Notes: generated from the sequence alone by a model not told the origin. DNA of 45,969 nt from a virus (IMGVR_UViG_3300048861_000020:1-45969); one strand, 5' to 3'. Positions 26,186 through 35,038 are shown, counted from the stretch's first letter. Program-made: numbers and translations.

Positions 26186-26197
26186 TCTTAGGTTCCT

Positions 26198-26905
26198 ATG
26201 CTTCAAACCGAACGAACAGCCAGCACCGAAGATGCTCTGCGCGCGGCGCTCGGCGGCCATCAGGCTGGGCTATGGACCGCGATTCCCGCGGTCATAGAAA
26301 GCTTCGATGCCAACGCGCTGACTTGCACGGCGCAGCCGGCGATTCAGGCGCAGGTACGTGCGCAGGATGGTAGCACTTCGTGGGTAGCGCTTCCGCTGCT
26401 GGTGGACTGCCCTGTTGTTTTCCCGCGCGGCGGCGGGTGCACGCTCACTTTTCCTATCGCGAAGGGTGACGAGGCTCTGATCGTGTTCTCGTCGCGCTGC
26501 ATTGATGCTTGGTGGCAGTCGGGTGGCGTTCAGGTTCAGGCCGAGCTTCGCATGCATGACCTGTCGGATGGGTTCGCAATTCTCGGACCGTTCTCGCAGG
26601 CGACAAAGATCGGCGGCGTCAGCACGAGCGCAGTGCAGCTTCGCAGCAATGACGGCAGCACCTACATCGAACTCAACCCCTCATCGAAGGCCGTCAAGGT
26701 GGTCGCGCCCGGCGGCTTCGAAGTGGATGCGCCCACGATCACGCTGAACGGTCAACTAGCACAGGGCACCGGCTCAACGAAGTACCCGGCAACGCTTCAA
26801 GGTCCGATCACGGTCGTCAATGACGTCACCGCGGCTGGCAAGAGCGTCAGCACGCACACGCACCATGAAAACGGCGCGGGCAGCAATACCAACCCTCCAA
26901 ACTGA
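26198..26905 (+). CDS. baseplate spike / assembly protein V (Mu gp45-like)
   Basis: PRGGGCTLTFPIAKGDEALIVFSSRCID...HDLSDGFAILG and C-terminal VSTHTHHENG. Confidence 0.75.
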   Translation: MLQTERTASTEDALRAALGGHQAGLWTAIPAVIESFDANALTCTAQPAIQAQVRAQDGSTSWVALPLLVDCPVVFPRGGGCTLTFPIAKGDEALIVFSSRCIDAWWQSGGVQVQAELRMHDLSDGFAILGPFSQATKIGGVSTSAVQLRSNDGSTYIELNPSSKAVKVVAPGGFEVDAPTITLNGQLAQGTGSTKYPATLQGPITVVNDVTAAGKSVSTHTHHENGAGSNTNPPN

Positions 26906-26907
26906 CG

Positions 26908-27261
26908 ATGCGATACCGAACACTCGACGAAAACGGCGACTACTCGTTTGGGCAGGGCTCGGCGAATTTCCTTGTGGACTCGCCTGATGCAGTAGCTCAG
27001 CTCGTGTTGACTCGATTGAAGCTGTCAACTGGAGAATGGTTTCTGGACAAGACCGATGGCACGCCCTACATGACGAAAATTCTAGGGATGGGAACGTCGG
27101 GCTCTCGCGACCTCGCTATCCAAGAGCGCATATTGGAGACGCAAGGTGTCACGGGGATTGCGGATTATGCGAGCACGGTTGATCCGGTGACGCGAGCTTT
27201 CACAGTGGCCGCAATCATCGATACGGTCTACGGCCAAACCACCATTACGGCGGCATTCTGA
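26908..27261 (+). CDS. baseplate wedge protein (gpW / gp25-like)
   Basis: 117 aa, lies between the spike and the J-like gene. Confidence 0.7.
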   Translation: MRYRTLDENGDYSFGQGSANFLVDSPDAVAQLVLTRLKLSTGEWFLDKTDGTPYMTKILGMGTSGSRDLAIQERILETQGVTGIADYASTVDPVTRAFTVAAIIDTVYGQTTITAAF

Positions 27262-28451
27262 TGGCGACTTACCCCCTTGCAACGCTCGGCCCGACGATCA
27301 CGAGCGCGGGGATTTCCATTCCCTCGTTTAATGATGTGTACCAGAGCCTGATCGCATCCTTTCAGAGCATCTACGGCTCGGACGTGGTGCTGACGGCAGA
27401 TAGCCAAGACGGGCAGTTCGTCGCGATCATCGCCGCGGCAATCAACGACTGCAACAATAGCGCGGTCGCGTGCTACAACGCATTCTCGCCGGCGACGGCG
27501 CAGGGCGCGAACCTGTCCAGCGTGGTGAAGATCAACGGCATCGCGCGCGCGGTCGCCAGTTCCTCGACCGTTGACGTGACGCTGGTCGGCGTGGCGGGCA
27601 CGACGATAACCAACGGCGTGGTGCAGGACACGAATCAGGTGAAGTGGGATCTGCCCGCTTCGGTGACGATCCCCGCCGGCGGTCAAGTCACCGTCACGGC
27701 GACGTGCGAGCAGCCCGGCGCAATCAGCGCGGCGGCCGGCACGGTCACGACGATCTCGACGCCTACGCGCGGATGGCAGACCGTGACGAACGCGAGCGCG
27801 GCGGCCCAAGGCAACCCCGTCGAGACCGACGCGGATCTGCGCATTCGCCAGACGTCGTCGACGGCGCTCCCTTCGCTCACCGTGCTTGACGGCATGGTCG
27901 GCGCAGTGGAGGGCGTGATAGGCGTTACGCGCGCAGCGGCGTATGAGAACGACACGAACGCCACTGATTCGAACGGCATCCCCGCGCACACGGTTTCATT
28001 CGTGGTCGAGGGCGGCGACGCTGTTGCTATCGCCAACGCCATCGCATCGAAAAAGACGCCGGGCGGCGGCACGTTCGGCACGACGACGGTGACGGTGACC
28101 GACGTCTACGGCATCCCGCATCCGATCAACTTCTTCAGGCCGACGCCGCAGGCGGTCACGGTCGCGGTCGCGATGAAGGCGCTGTCCGGTTACTCGTCGG
28201 TGACGGGCGCGGCGGTCCAGCAAGCAATCTCCGATTACATCAACTCGGTGGCGATCGGCGGCGGCTCGGCGGGCGCGGTCGAGTGGGACTCGTGCATCGC
28301 GGCCGCGAAGAATGTCAGCGGCGGCAACACGTTCAAGATCACGTCGCTCACATTGACGGGGCCGAGCGGTGTCGGAACGCCAGACGTCGCTCTTGCCTTC
28401 AACCAGTCGGCAACGGCGACGCCCGCGAGCGTAACTCTTACGGTCTCTTGA
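27261..28451 (+). CDS. baseplate J-like protein
   Basis: 396 aa. Position and the N-terminal region IPSFNDVYQSLIASFQSIYGSDVVLTADSQDGQ. Confidence 0.8.
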   Translation: MATYPLATLGPTITSAGISIPSFNDVYQSLIASFQSIYGSDVVLTADSQDGQFVAIIAAAINDCNNSAVACYNAFSPATAQGANLSSVVKINGIARAVASSSTVDVTLVGVAGTTITNGVVQDTNQVKWDLPASVTIPAGGQVTVTATCEQPGAISAAAGTVTTISTPTRGWQTVTNASAAAQGNPVETDADLRIRQTSSTALPSLTVLDGMVGAVEGVIGVTRAAAYENDTNATDSNGIPAHTVSFVVEGGDAVAIANAIASKKTPGGGTFGTTTVTVTDVYGIPHPINFFRPTPQAVTVAVAMKALSGYSSVTGAAVQQAISDYINSVAIGGGSAGAVEWDSCIAAAKNVSGGNTFKITSLTLTGPSGVGTPDVALAFNQSATATPASVTLTVS

Positions 28452-28452
28452 T

Positions 28453-29238
28453 ATGGCGCAAGTCAGCGACTACACCGGGCTCATTACAAGTGAGCACGCG
28501 GACAAGCCGCGCTTTGTCGCCACGCTGTCCGCGATTGCGCAGTGCTTTGCAGACCTTCAGAACGCAGTCCTGCAGATTCCCTTTGCGTTCGACTTGGACG
28601 AAGCTATTGGCGTCCAGCTCGATGCCGTCGGCCAGTGGGTCGGCATCACGCGGAATCTGAACACGCCGCTGGCTGGCGTCTACTTCTCTCTGGACACCGC
28701 CAATCTCGGTTTCGATCAGGGCGTATGGCAAGGGCCGTTTGATCCTGCGACCGGCGTCACCTCGCTGGACGATGAGACATATCGGCTGCTCATAAGAGCG
28801 AAGATCGGCGCTAACAGTTGGGACGGGACCCTAGCAGGCTCGGCGGAAATCCTCTCACTGATCTTCGGACCCGCTGCGATTCAGGTCACCGGGTTCAGCG
28901 TTGAGCTTTCAGACGGCACGCCGGTCGTTACGTTCGACTCCGCGACGTCATCGCTTGTCCCGGTCGCCACGCAGGCAGTGCAGCCGAGCCCCGACGCGAC
29001 CTACGTCTTCATCCAAGACAACGGTGATATGTCCATCACGTATGGCATCGCCGGAGCGGTGCCGAGCACGCTATTTCTCGCGCTTCTGCGTGGCGGGTAT
29101 ATCCCCCTGAAGCCGGAGGCCGTTCACATCAACGGCTATTACGTGACGTCGGTTTCGGGCGGCCCGCTGTTCGGCTTTGACGTTCAGAACAGTCTCATCT
29201 CTGGCTTCGATACCGGAGCTTGGGGCGTTTCAGCATAA
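28453..29238 (+). CDS. baseplate protein (DUF2612-like, gpI position)
   Basis: 261 aa following the J-like gene. Confidence 0.7.
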   Translation: MAQVSDYTGLITSEHADKPRFVATLSAIAQCFADLQNAVLQIPFAFDLDEAIGVQLDAVGQWVGITRNLNTPLAGVYFSLDTANLGFDQGVWQGPFDPATGVTSLDDETYRLLIRAKIGANSWDGTLAGSAEILSLIFGPAAIQVTGFSVELSDGTPVVTFDSATSSLVPVATQAVQPSPDATYVFIQDNGDMSITYGIAGAVPSTLFLALLRGGYIPLKPEAVHINGYYVTSVSGGPLFGFDVQNSLISGFDTGAWGVSA

Positions 29239-29256
29239 CTCCATCTCGGAGCATCA

Positions 29257-30258
29257 ATGGCAACGAATGATTTCCTTCCGTTCGCTACGGCGGCCGGCGC
29301 AAACGTGCTGTCTCAGTCGGCCTATGCCGCACTGACTGCCATTGCAAACGGGTACACGGCAGGCGTGGCCCAATCGAACGCGCTGAACAAGACGTGGCGG
29401 CAGTCGAGCATCATGGCGGCTGTCTTGGCCCAGTTCATTGCTGATCGGACCGGCGTGAATTCGGTCGATGATGGTACGACCGCGACGCTTCTCGCCAACC
29501 TGAAAAAAGCGGCGGCTTCGCTGAATGGCGACCCGGCGCAACCGTTCAACGTGGCGAACGGCACGGTGAGCAACCAGGCCGTCAATTATGCGCAGTTGAC
29601 CGCGGGGCAGTACGGGCGGCTCAATAACATCCAGATTTTCACGTCGTCTGGCACCTATACGCCGACGACGGGCACGAAATACATCTACGTCGAACTGATC
29701 GGCGGCGGCGGCGGCGGCGGCGGTGCTGGCGGCGGTGGCGCTGGCTCGACGGCGGCGGGCGGCGGCGGCGGAGCAGGTGCACGGGCGATTTATTACGGAT
29801 ACAACCCGACGCCGCAGACGATCACGATCGGCCTTGGTGGAGCGGGCGGTGTCGGCTCGAACAACGGCAACGCAGGCGGCACGACATACCTCGGCGGCTT
29901 AGCGAATGTCACAGGCGGCTCCGGCGGTGGCGCAGGCAACACGATCACGACCGTGTCGACGAGCGGTGCAGCGGGCGCGGGCGGACAATCCGCGTCCGCG
30001 TCGCTTGGTGTCGCGGGCGAACCCGGTACGCCCGGTTACTCGATCTCGACCGTGGCCTGCATCGCCGGCAAGGGCGGCGGCACGCCGTGGGGCGGCGGCG
30101 GGATTCAAAACAATCTGAACGGAACAGGCGTTCTCAGCGGTTCGGCCGGCGTCGGGCGGGGCAGCGGCGGCAGCGGCGCATGCGGCGTGAATAACGGCGC
30201 GTTTGGCGCGGGCGGCGCCGGTGCGCCGGGTCTGATCATCATTTACGAGTATCAATAA
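29257..30258 (+). CDS. tail fibre with a glycine-rich C-terminal domain
   Basis: Conserved-looking fibre N-terminus MATNDFLPFATAAGANVLSQSAYAAL, then long GGxGG tracts ending LIIIYEYQ. Confidence 0.8.
   Translation: MATNDFLPFATAAGANVLSQSAYAALTAIANGYTAGVAQSNALNKTWRQSSIMAAVLAQFIADRTGVNSVDDGTTATLLANLKKAAASLNGDPAQPFNVANGTVSNQAVNYAQLTAGQYGRLNNIQIFTSSGTYTPTTGTKYIYVELIGGGGGGGGAGGGGAGSTAAGGGGGAGARAIYYGYNPTPQTITIGLGGAGGVGSNNGNAGGTTYLGGLANVTGGSGGGAGNTITTVSTSGAAGAGGQSASASLGVAGEPGTPGYSISTVACIAGKGGGTPWGGGGIQNNLNGTGVLSGSAGVGRGSGGSGACGVNNGAFGAGGAGAPGLIIIYEYQ
29701..29718 (+). repeat. (GGC)6 microsatellite inside the fibre gene
   Basis: ggcggcggcggcggcggc, in frame (poly-Gly). More interrupted GGC/GGT runs extend to about 29775. 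Confidence 0.9.
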
Positions 30259-30762
30259 ATGACCGATAAAACATTTGCAGTCGTCGAGAATGGAACCGTC
30301 GTCAATGTCGTTTTGTGGGACGGAGCTCCCTATGTCGCGGCCGTCGCCGAAGTTCCGGCCGTGCTCGATGCGGACGGCAACGAGGTAACGCCGGCCGTGC
30401 CCGGCGTCCCTGCATCCGGATGGGCGCCGCCGGATGGTTCGACGGTCGTCGAGATACCGCAGGGATCGCCGGCTGGGATCGGCTATCTATTCGACGGCAC
30501 GAATTTCACGGCCCCTGCCTCACAAACGCCGATCCGCACGCCCGATGAAATCCTCGCGTTCAACACCGGCCGGAAAAACAACCTGACGGCGGTCGCAACG
30601 TCGGAGATCGCGGTGCTCACCGACGCCACTGACCCCGACATCGTTGACACGGTCGATCCCGCGGACGTCGCGGCGCTGAAGGCGTGGAAGGTCTACCGCG
30701 TGGCGCTCTCGAAGGTCGATCTAACCCTCGCTGACCCGGTTTGGCCGACAGCTCCGGCCTAA
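30259..30762 (+). CDS. tail fibre assembly protein
   Basis: N-terminal FAVVENGTVVNVVLWDG and C-terminal ALKAWKVYRVALSKVDLTLADPVWPTAP are typical of this class. Confidence 0.75.
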   Translation: MTDKTFAVVENGTVVNVVLWDGAPYVAAVAEVPAVLDADGNEVTPAVPGVPASGWAPPDGSTVVEIPQGSPAGIGYLFDGTNFTAPASQTPIRTPDEILAFNTGRKNNLTAVATSEIAVLTDATDPDIVDTVDPADVAALKAWKVYRVALSKVDLTLADPVWPTAPA

Positions 30763-30822
30763 ATATTCCCTCCGGTACAATGTGCGCGGCCGCAAACCCG
30801 CCACATTGAAACCGAGGGGAAC

Positions 30823-31719
30823 ATGATACTGGCGCGATACTCGCCGTTTAAGCAGGTAGTCCGGGCTTACGCGACACTGATCGGGATTGGCGACGATATT
30901 CGCCGCCTGTCTAACATCCGCGACGGGCTCGCATCAATTGAGCGGTCCATCGATCACCTTGCGGACGTGGTGACGCCGCCCGCGCCCGTTGTCGTCGAGG
31001 TGCCTGCACCGAAGCGCGAGATCGACATCCACGAGATAAGCGGCTTTCGCCTGCTGCTCGATGACTCGTCGATTGTCGATCACATGGTCATCCACACGGG
31101 CGAATGGGAAGGCGCGACGGTGCGCCATCTTATGCGCCTGGCCGAAGCGTTCCGCGGCAAGCCTGACGCCGTGTTTCTCGACCTCGGCTCGTATTGGGGC
31201 TACTACACGTGCATGATGCACAGCACCGGAATCTTCCCGGTGATTCATGCTGTGGACGCGGACCGATACAACTTCGCACAATTGCAGGCGAACATCTTTC
31301 TGAACAAGCTCGATGACGTTGTGACCGCGCATCATGGCGCGATCAGCGACGCGCCCGGCGTGCTGATGATGCAAAGCAGTCATTCGCACGCCGACAAGAA
31401 TCGCGGCGCGACGCGCATCGTCTCCCCCGACGAGCGCGACGCGACCGCGCGCCCAGTGAAGTCGTTCGCGGTCGATGACGTCTTTACGTTTCGGGGCGCG
31501 CACATCGCCATCAAGATGGACGTCGAAGGTCACGAGGACAAGGCGTTGCTCGGTATGCGCAAGCTCATCGAAAGCAATCACATCATCTTGCAGATCGAGC
31601 TATACCGGGCAAGCTCGGACCCAGTGTTCGACCTCCTGCGCGATATGGGCTTGCGACAGATCGGAGACATGGCGCCCGACTTTTTCTTTACGAATCTTCC
31701 AGACGATCCCGTCAGGTGA
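30823..31719 (+). CDS. FkbM-family SAM-dependent methyltransferase with a roughly 90-aa N-terminal extension
   Basis: FLDLGSYWGYYT (motif I-like) and IKMDVEGHEDKAL (FkbM K-x-D-x-E-G-x-E). GAGGGG upstream. Confidence 0.8.
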   Translation: MILARYSPFKQVVRAYATLIGIGDDIRRLSNIRDGLASIERSIDHLADVVTPPAPVVVEVPAPKREIDIHEISGFRLLLDDSSIVDHMVIHTGEWEGATVRHLMRLAEAFRGKPDAVFLDLGSYWGYYTCMMHSTGIFPVIHAVDADRYNFAQLQANIFLNKLDDVVTAHHGAISDAPGVLMMQSSHSHADKNRGATRIVSPDERDATARPVKSFAVDDVFTFRGAHIAIKMDVEGHEDKALLGMRKLIESNHIILQIELYRASSDPVFDLLRDMGLRQIGDMAPDFFFTNLPDDPVR

Positions 31720-31746
31720 ATTAGCAAGCAGTTCGCACGATATACA

Positions 31747-31770
31747 AGCCGCCTTCGGGCGGCTTTTTTT
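31747..31770 (+). terminator. rho-independent terminator after the FkbM gene
   Basis: AGCCGCC-TTCG-GGCGGCT followed by TTTTTT. Confidence 0.85.
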
Positions 31771-31807
31771 ATGCCCGGATGACCGGCACATGTACGAGGG
31801 CACACAG

Positions 31808-32227
31808 ATGTCGGAATTCTGGAATGAAGGCGTGAAGTCGATCTTCACGGCACTCGGCAGCGTTGGAACGTTCTGGGTCGGCGGCCGAATGTGGCGGCAG
31901 ATTGACAGGCGCCGGCAAGCCGAAAGCGAAGGCGAGGCGCGGATCACCGCCGCCGATTCTGCCGGCCAGGTGGAGGCGATCGCACGCTTCGAGCGGCTCG
32001 CGACTCTCGCCGAGGAGCGCGCGGGCCGGGCTGAAGCGCGCGAGCTGCTGGCCGTCCAACGTGCGGACCGGGCAGAAGAGTTGATGCGATCTGCCGAGCA
32101 GAGAGCCGATGAGGCAAACCGCCGCGCGCAGCGCGCAGAGGCGGAAGTCTCGGAACTGAAAACGCGGATCGAGCGCCTTGAGGCGACGGTCGGCAAGAGG
32201 AGGGGTGCAGATGTCGCGAGTTCGTGA
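31808..32227 (+). CDS. membrane-anchored coiled-coil protein (139 aa)
   Basis: GAGGG upstream of ATG 31808. One N-terminal TM (VKSIFTALGSVGTFWVGG), then an Ala/Arg/Glu heptad-like region. Confidence 0.6.
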   Translation: MSEFWNEGVKSIFTALGSVGTFWVGGRMWRQIDRRRQAESEGEARITAADSAGQVEAIARFERLATLAEERAGRAEARELLAVQRADRAEELMRSAEQRADEANRRAQRAEAEVSELKTRIERLEATVGKRRGADVASS

Positions 32228-32774
32228 TTGGCGGTGGTGGGTGGTCGGCTTCTGCATCATCGTCGGACTCTTCGGCGTTGCCGCGGTCGGCTTCTTCATA
32301 GGCCAGTGGGGCATGTCGATCGAGCGAACGAACTGGAACAACGAGCGCGCAGCCTATATCAAGCGCTTTCCGGAAGTGCGTGCCGAAACGCGGAACGCCT
32401 GCGTGGCCGAGTATCAAGACAAGGTGCAGCAGCTGCAGCAGCAGAACCAGCAGAGCGCGCAGTCTCTCGCCGATCTCAAGTCGCAGATGAACGAGACGCA
32501 CGAGCTCGCCGCGTACACGCTCCGCTTTCTCGGTGACCGCGCCAAGCTGACGGATCAGCGCAGCGCGGCGATGCTGAAGCAGACGAAGGTCGCAGCAGCC
32601 GCCGCCGTCGATGCGAAGGAAACCGTCGAAAAGGTCGATCAGAAGGTCAACGTCGCCGTCGTCAAAGCCGACGAGGCAGCAAGCGCCGTGAAGTCGGTCG
32701 GCAAGAAGCTCGAAACCGCAACGCACCCGACGGCAGCAGTCCCGCCGACACCTTGGGCCGGCAGCCGCCGGTAA
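32211..32774 (+). CDS. membrane-anchored coiled-coil protein (187 aa)
   Basis: AGGAGGGG upstream of ATG 32211. TM WWVVGFCIIVGLFGVAAVGFFIG, then a Gln/Ala/Lys-rich helical region. Confidence 0.65.
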   Translation: MSRVRDWRWWVVGFCIIVGLFGVAAVGFFIGQWGMSIERTNWNNERAAYIKRFPEVRAETRNACVAEYQDKVQQLQQQNQQSAQSLADLKSQMNETHELAAYTLRFLGDRAKLTDQRSAAMLKQTKVAAAAAVDAKETVEKVDQKVNVAVVKADEAASAVKSVGKKLETATHPTAAVPPTPWAGSRR

Positions 32775-32825
32775 TCGCACCCTCAACCTGTTTTTTGACG
32801 CGCAGCCCCGCGCGGCGGAGAAGTC

Positions 32826-33104
32826 ATGTCTATTCGTTTTGAACTGGTCGGCAAAGCGCGCACCGTGCTGCTGAAGTCTTGGGCCTCGCGTTTCGGCATG
32901 CTGGCGACGCTCTTCGGCGCGCTCGCGCAGTTCCAAGACCAATTGCCGATGGTCCAGGCATTCGTCCCGAAGAACGTGTTCGGCTGGCTCACGCTCGCTT
33001 GCTCGATCGCGGTGCCGCTCTCGCGCATCGTGAAGCAGTATGAGCTGCGCGAGGCGACCGCCGCGGCTAATCCCCAGCCGGTGACGCCGGCCGAAGCGCA
33101 ATGA
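32826..33104 (+). CDS. holin (two predicted TM segments)
   Basis: 92 aa. FGMLATLFGALAQF and VFGWLTLACSIAVPL. ATGA-coupled to the endolysin gene. Confidence 0.7.
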   Translation: MSIRFELVGKARTVLLKSWASRFGMLATLFGALAQFQDQLPMVQAFVPKNVFGWLTLACSIAVPLSRIVKQYELREATAAANPQPVTPAEAQ

Positions 33105-33766
33105 GCTGGATTGACACGCTGCTCGGACTGTTCAAGCGCCCGGCTCCCGTTCCAGCCACGCTGCCAGCGGTGAAGAGCGAGCCGCCGTCGGCTGTTCCGC
33201 CTCCCGCGCCTGCGGCTGCGGAGCCAGCGTGGACGCTGACGGCAGCGAGCCTCGCCAAAGCGTTGTCGATTCCGGGCTCGCGAGCGATGGTCTGGGCCGG
33301 TCCGCTCGAGAAGGCAATGGTCCGTTTCGCCATCGACACGCCCGAGCAGCGCGCCGCGTTTCTGGCGCAGGTCGCGCACGAGTCAGGGAACCTCGTCTAC
33401 GTGCAGGAACTATGGGGGCCGACGCCCGCGCAGGCGAGGTACGAGGGCCGGATTGACCTTGGCAACACGCAGCCCGGCGACGGCAAGCGGTTCCTCGGGC
33501 GCGGCCTCATCCAGATCACCGGGCGCGCGAATTACGAGGCGGTCAGCAAGGGACTGGGGATCGACTTCGTCTCGAATCCGTCCCTGCTCGAACTGACCGA
33601 CAACGCCGCGATGTCAGCGGCGTGGTTCTGGTACGCGCACGGCCTGAACGCATACGTCTCCGACTTCACCACGCTCACGCGAAAGATCAACGGCGGCTTA
33701 AACGGCCTCGCGGATCGAGAAGCGCTATGGGCTTCCTGCCAGACCGCCTTAGGAGTGACCGCATGA
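33101..33766 (+). CDS. endolysin, glycoside hydrolase family 19-like
   Basis: AAFLAQVAHESGNLVYVQE...GRGLIQITGRANY. Preceded by a roughly 45-aa Pro/Ala-rich N-terminal extension. Confidence 0.9.
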   Translation: MSWIDTLLGLFKRPAPVPATLPAVKSEPPSAVPPPAPAAAEPAWTLTAASLAKALSIPGSRAMVWAGPLEKAMVRFAIDTPEQRAAFLAQVAHESGNLVYVQELWGPTPAQARYEGRIDLGNTQPGDGKRFLGRGLIQITGRANYEAVSKGLGIDFVSNPSLLELTDNAAMSAAWFWYAHGLNAYVSDFTTLTRKINGGLNGLADREALWASCQTALGVTA

Positions 33767-34065
33767 CTCTTATCATCTCGTTTCTGATCGCGCACGCCGG
33801 AGCGCTCCTTGGGACTTTGTTCGGAGCCGGAGGTCTCGCCTTCGGCCTCTTTCGTCACCAGCAGGCGTCGAAAGTCGAAGCAAAGGCTTCCGCAACTGTT
33901 GCAGCGAAGCAGAGTCAGGTCGATCAAGCGAACGCTGCGGCGTCTGCGGCCGGCGAACAAGCCGTCGTCAATCGCGAGCAGGCTGACCAGCAGGCTGCGG
34001 CCGTGCCGCGCGAAGACATCGATGCGCAGCTCGCCGCCATCGGTGCGCTCAGGGGCGACAAATGA
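33763..34065 (+). CDS. Rz: i-spanin (Rz-like)
   Basis: ATGA coupling. N-terminal TM LIISFLIAHAGALLGTLFGAGGLAFGLF followed by a coiled-coil region. Confidence 0.75.
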   Translation: MTLIISFLIAHAGALLGTLFGAGGLAFGLFRHQQASKVEAKASATVAAKQSQVDQANAAASAAGEQAVVNREQADQQAAAVPREDIDAQLAAIGALRGDK

Positions 34066-34274
34066 AGAGGCTGGCCATCCTTATGTCTTGCGCACTGGCA
34101 ATCGCTGGGTGCGCGACGACGCCGACACCTGAGCCTTCGGTCCGCGTTATCGACACCGCGTGCGACTGGGTCAAGCCGATCACGGCGAGCGCCGCGGACT
34201 CGTATGAAACGAAGCAGCAAATCTACGCACATGACCTTGCGTACATGAAAAATTGTCCACAGAAGAAGGACTGA
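34062..34274 (+). CDS. Rz1: o-spanin lipoprotein (Rz1-like), separate rather than embedded
   Basis: Lipobox LAIAGC, Pro-rich mature N-terminus, 70 aa. Confidence 0.85.
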   Translation: MKRLAILMSCALAIAGCATTPTPEPSVRVIDTACDWVKPITASAADSYETKQQIYAHDLAYMKNCPQKKD

Positions 34275-34278
34275 AGAA

Positions 34279-34482
34279 ATGTCGATCATCTACACGAGCG
34301 CGGTTCCGTCTGGCTTCATTGACACCGACGCCTATCCGTCGTCGTACACCTTCAACGGTGACGGCACGATAGCCACAGAGGCGATCACCGTCGCTGGCAG
34401 CACGTGGCTCAAGACCTACTATTACACGACCGTGAACGGCGCGCAGAAGCCGTCTGGCAAGCCTGCATGGGTGAAGCAATGA
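34279..34482 (+). CDS. hypothetical protein (67 aa)
   Basis: ORF track. Coupled to the next ORF by ATGA. Confidence 0.5.
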   Translation: MSIIYTSAVPSGFIDTDAYPSSYTFNGDGTIATEAITVAGSTWLKTYYYTTVNGAQKPSGKPAWVKQ

Positions 34483-34985
34483 GCCTTGACTATGCGGAGT
34501 TCCTGCAACTGCTGTCGGTCGCCGGCGTCTCGTCATCCTCCACCGTGCCAAAGCGCGACGGCATCCCGACGTCGACAGTCTCGACCATACTCAGCGCCGA
34601 TCAGAAGCTGAAGCAGATCGTGGTTCCTGCGCTCGGGCCGCTCGGGCGCTTCGATCTCGAAGTGCTATGGGGATTTTCGAGCGACTCGAACACGAAGACG
34701 ATCAAGATCACTGACGACGCGACCGGGACGGTTCTCTTGCAGACCACCGGCTTCGGGGCCAGTCAGAGCCTACGCAGCTTCACGTCAGTTGCGAACCAGA
34801 ACAACCAGAAGATCCAAGTCGCCGCCTCGCCGGGTACGGTATCCGCCTTCGGTACAGGCACGGCTCTGCTCAACTTGACGTTGGACTTCACGGTCCCGCG
34901 CACGTTCAACATCATCGGCAACATCAGCAACGCTGCCTCGACGGTCACTTGCGCTGACTACAAGCTGTCTATTTCGAATTCCTAA
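34479..34985 (+). CDS. 168-aa protein paralogous to the C-terminal domain of the 35060-36274 fibre
   Basis: Shared pattern with the fibre C-terminus: GP.G...SN.KTI.I...F.TG...DFT...ST..T...L.I.N. Confidence 0.6.
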   Translation: MSLDYAEFLQLLSVAGVSSSSTVPKRDGIPTSTVSTILSADQKLKQIVVPALGPLGRFDLEVLWGFSSDSNTKTIKITDDATGTVLLQTTGFGASQSLRSFTSVANQNNQKIQVAASPGTVSAFGTGTALLNLTLDFTVPRTFNIIGNISNAASTVTCADYKLSISNS

Positions 34986-35016
34986 CTCTCGCTGATACAG
35001 CGACGTTCGAACCTCA

Positions 35017-35038
35017 CGCCCGCCTTGCGGGCGTTTTT
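35017..35038 (+). terminator. rho-independent terminator
   Basis: CGCCCG-CCTTG-CGGGCG followed by TTTTT. Confidence 0.8.
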
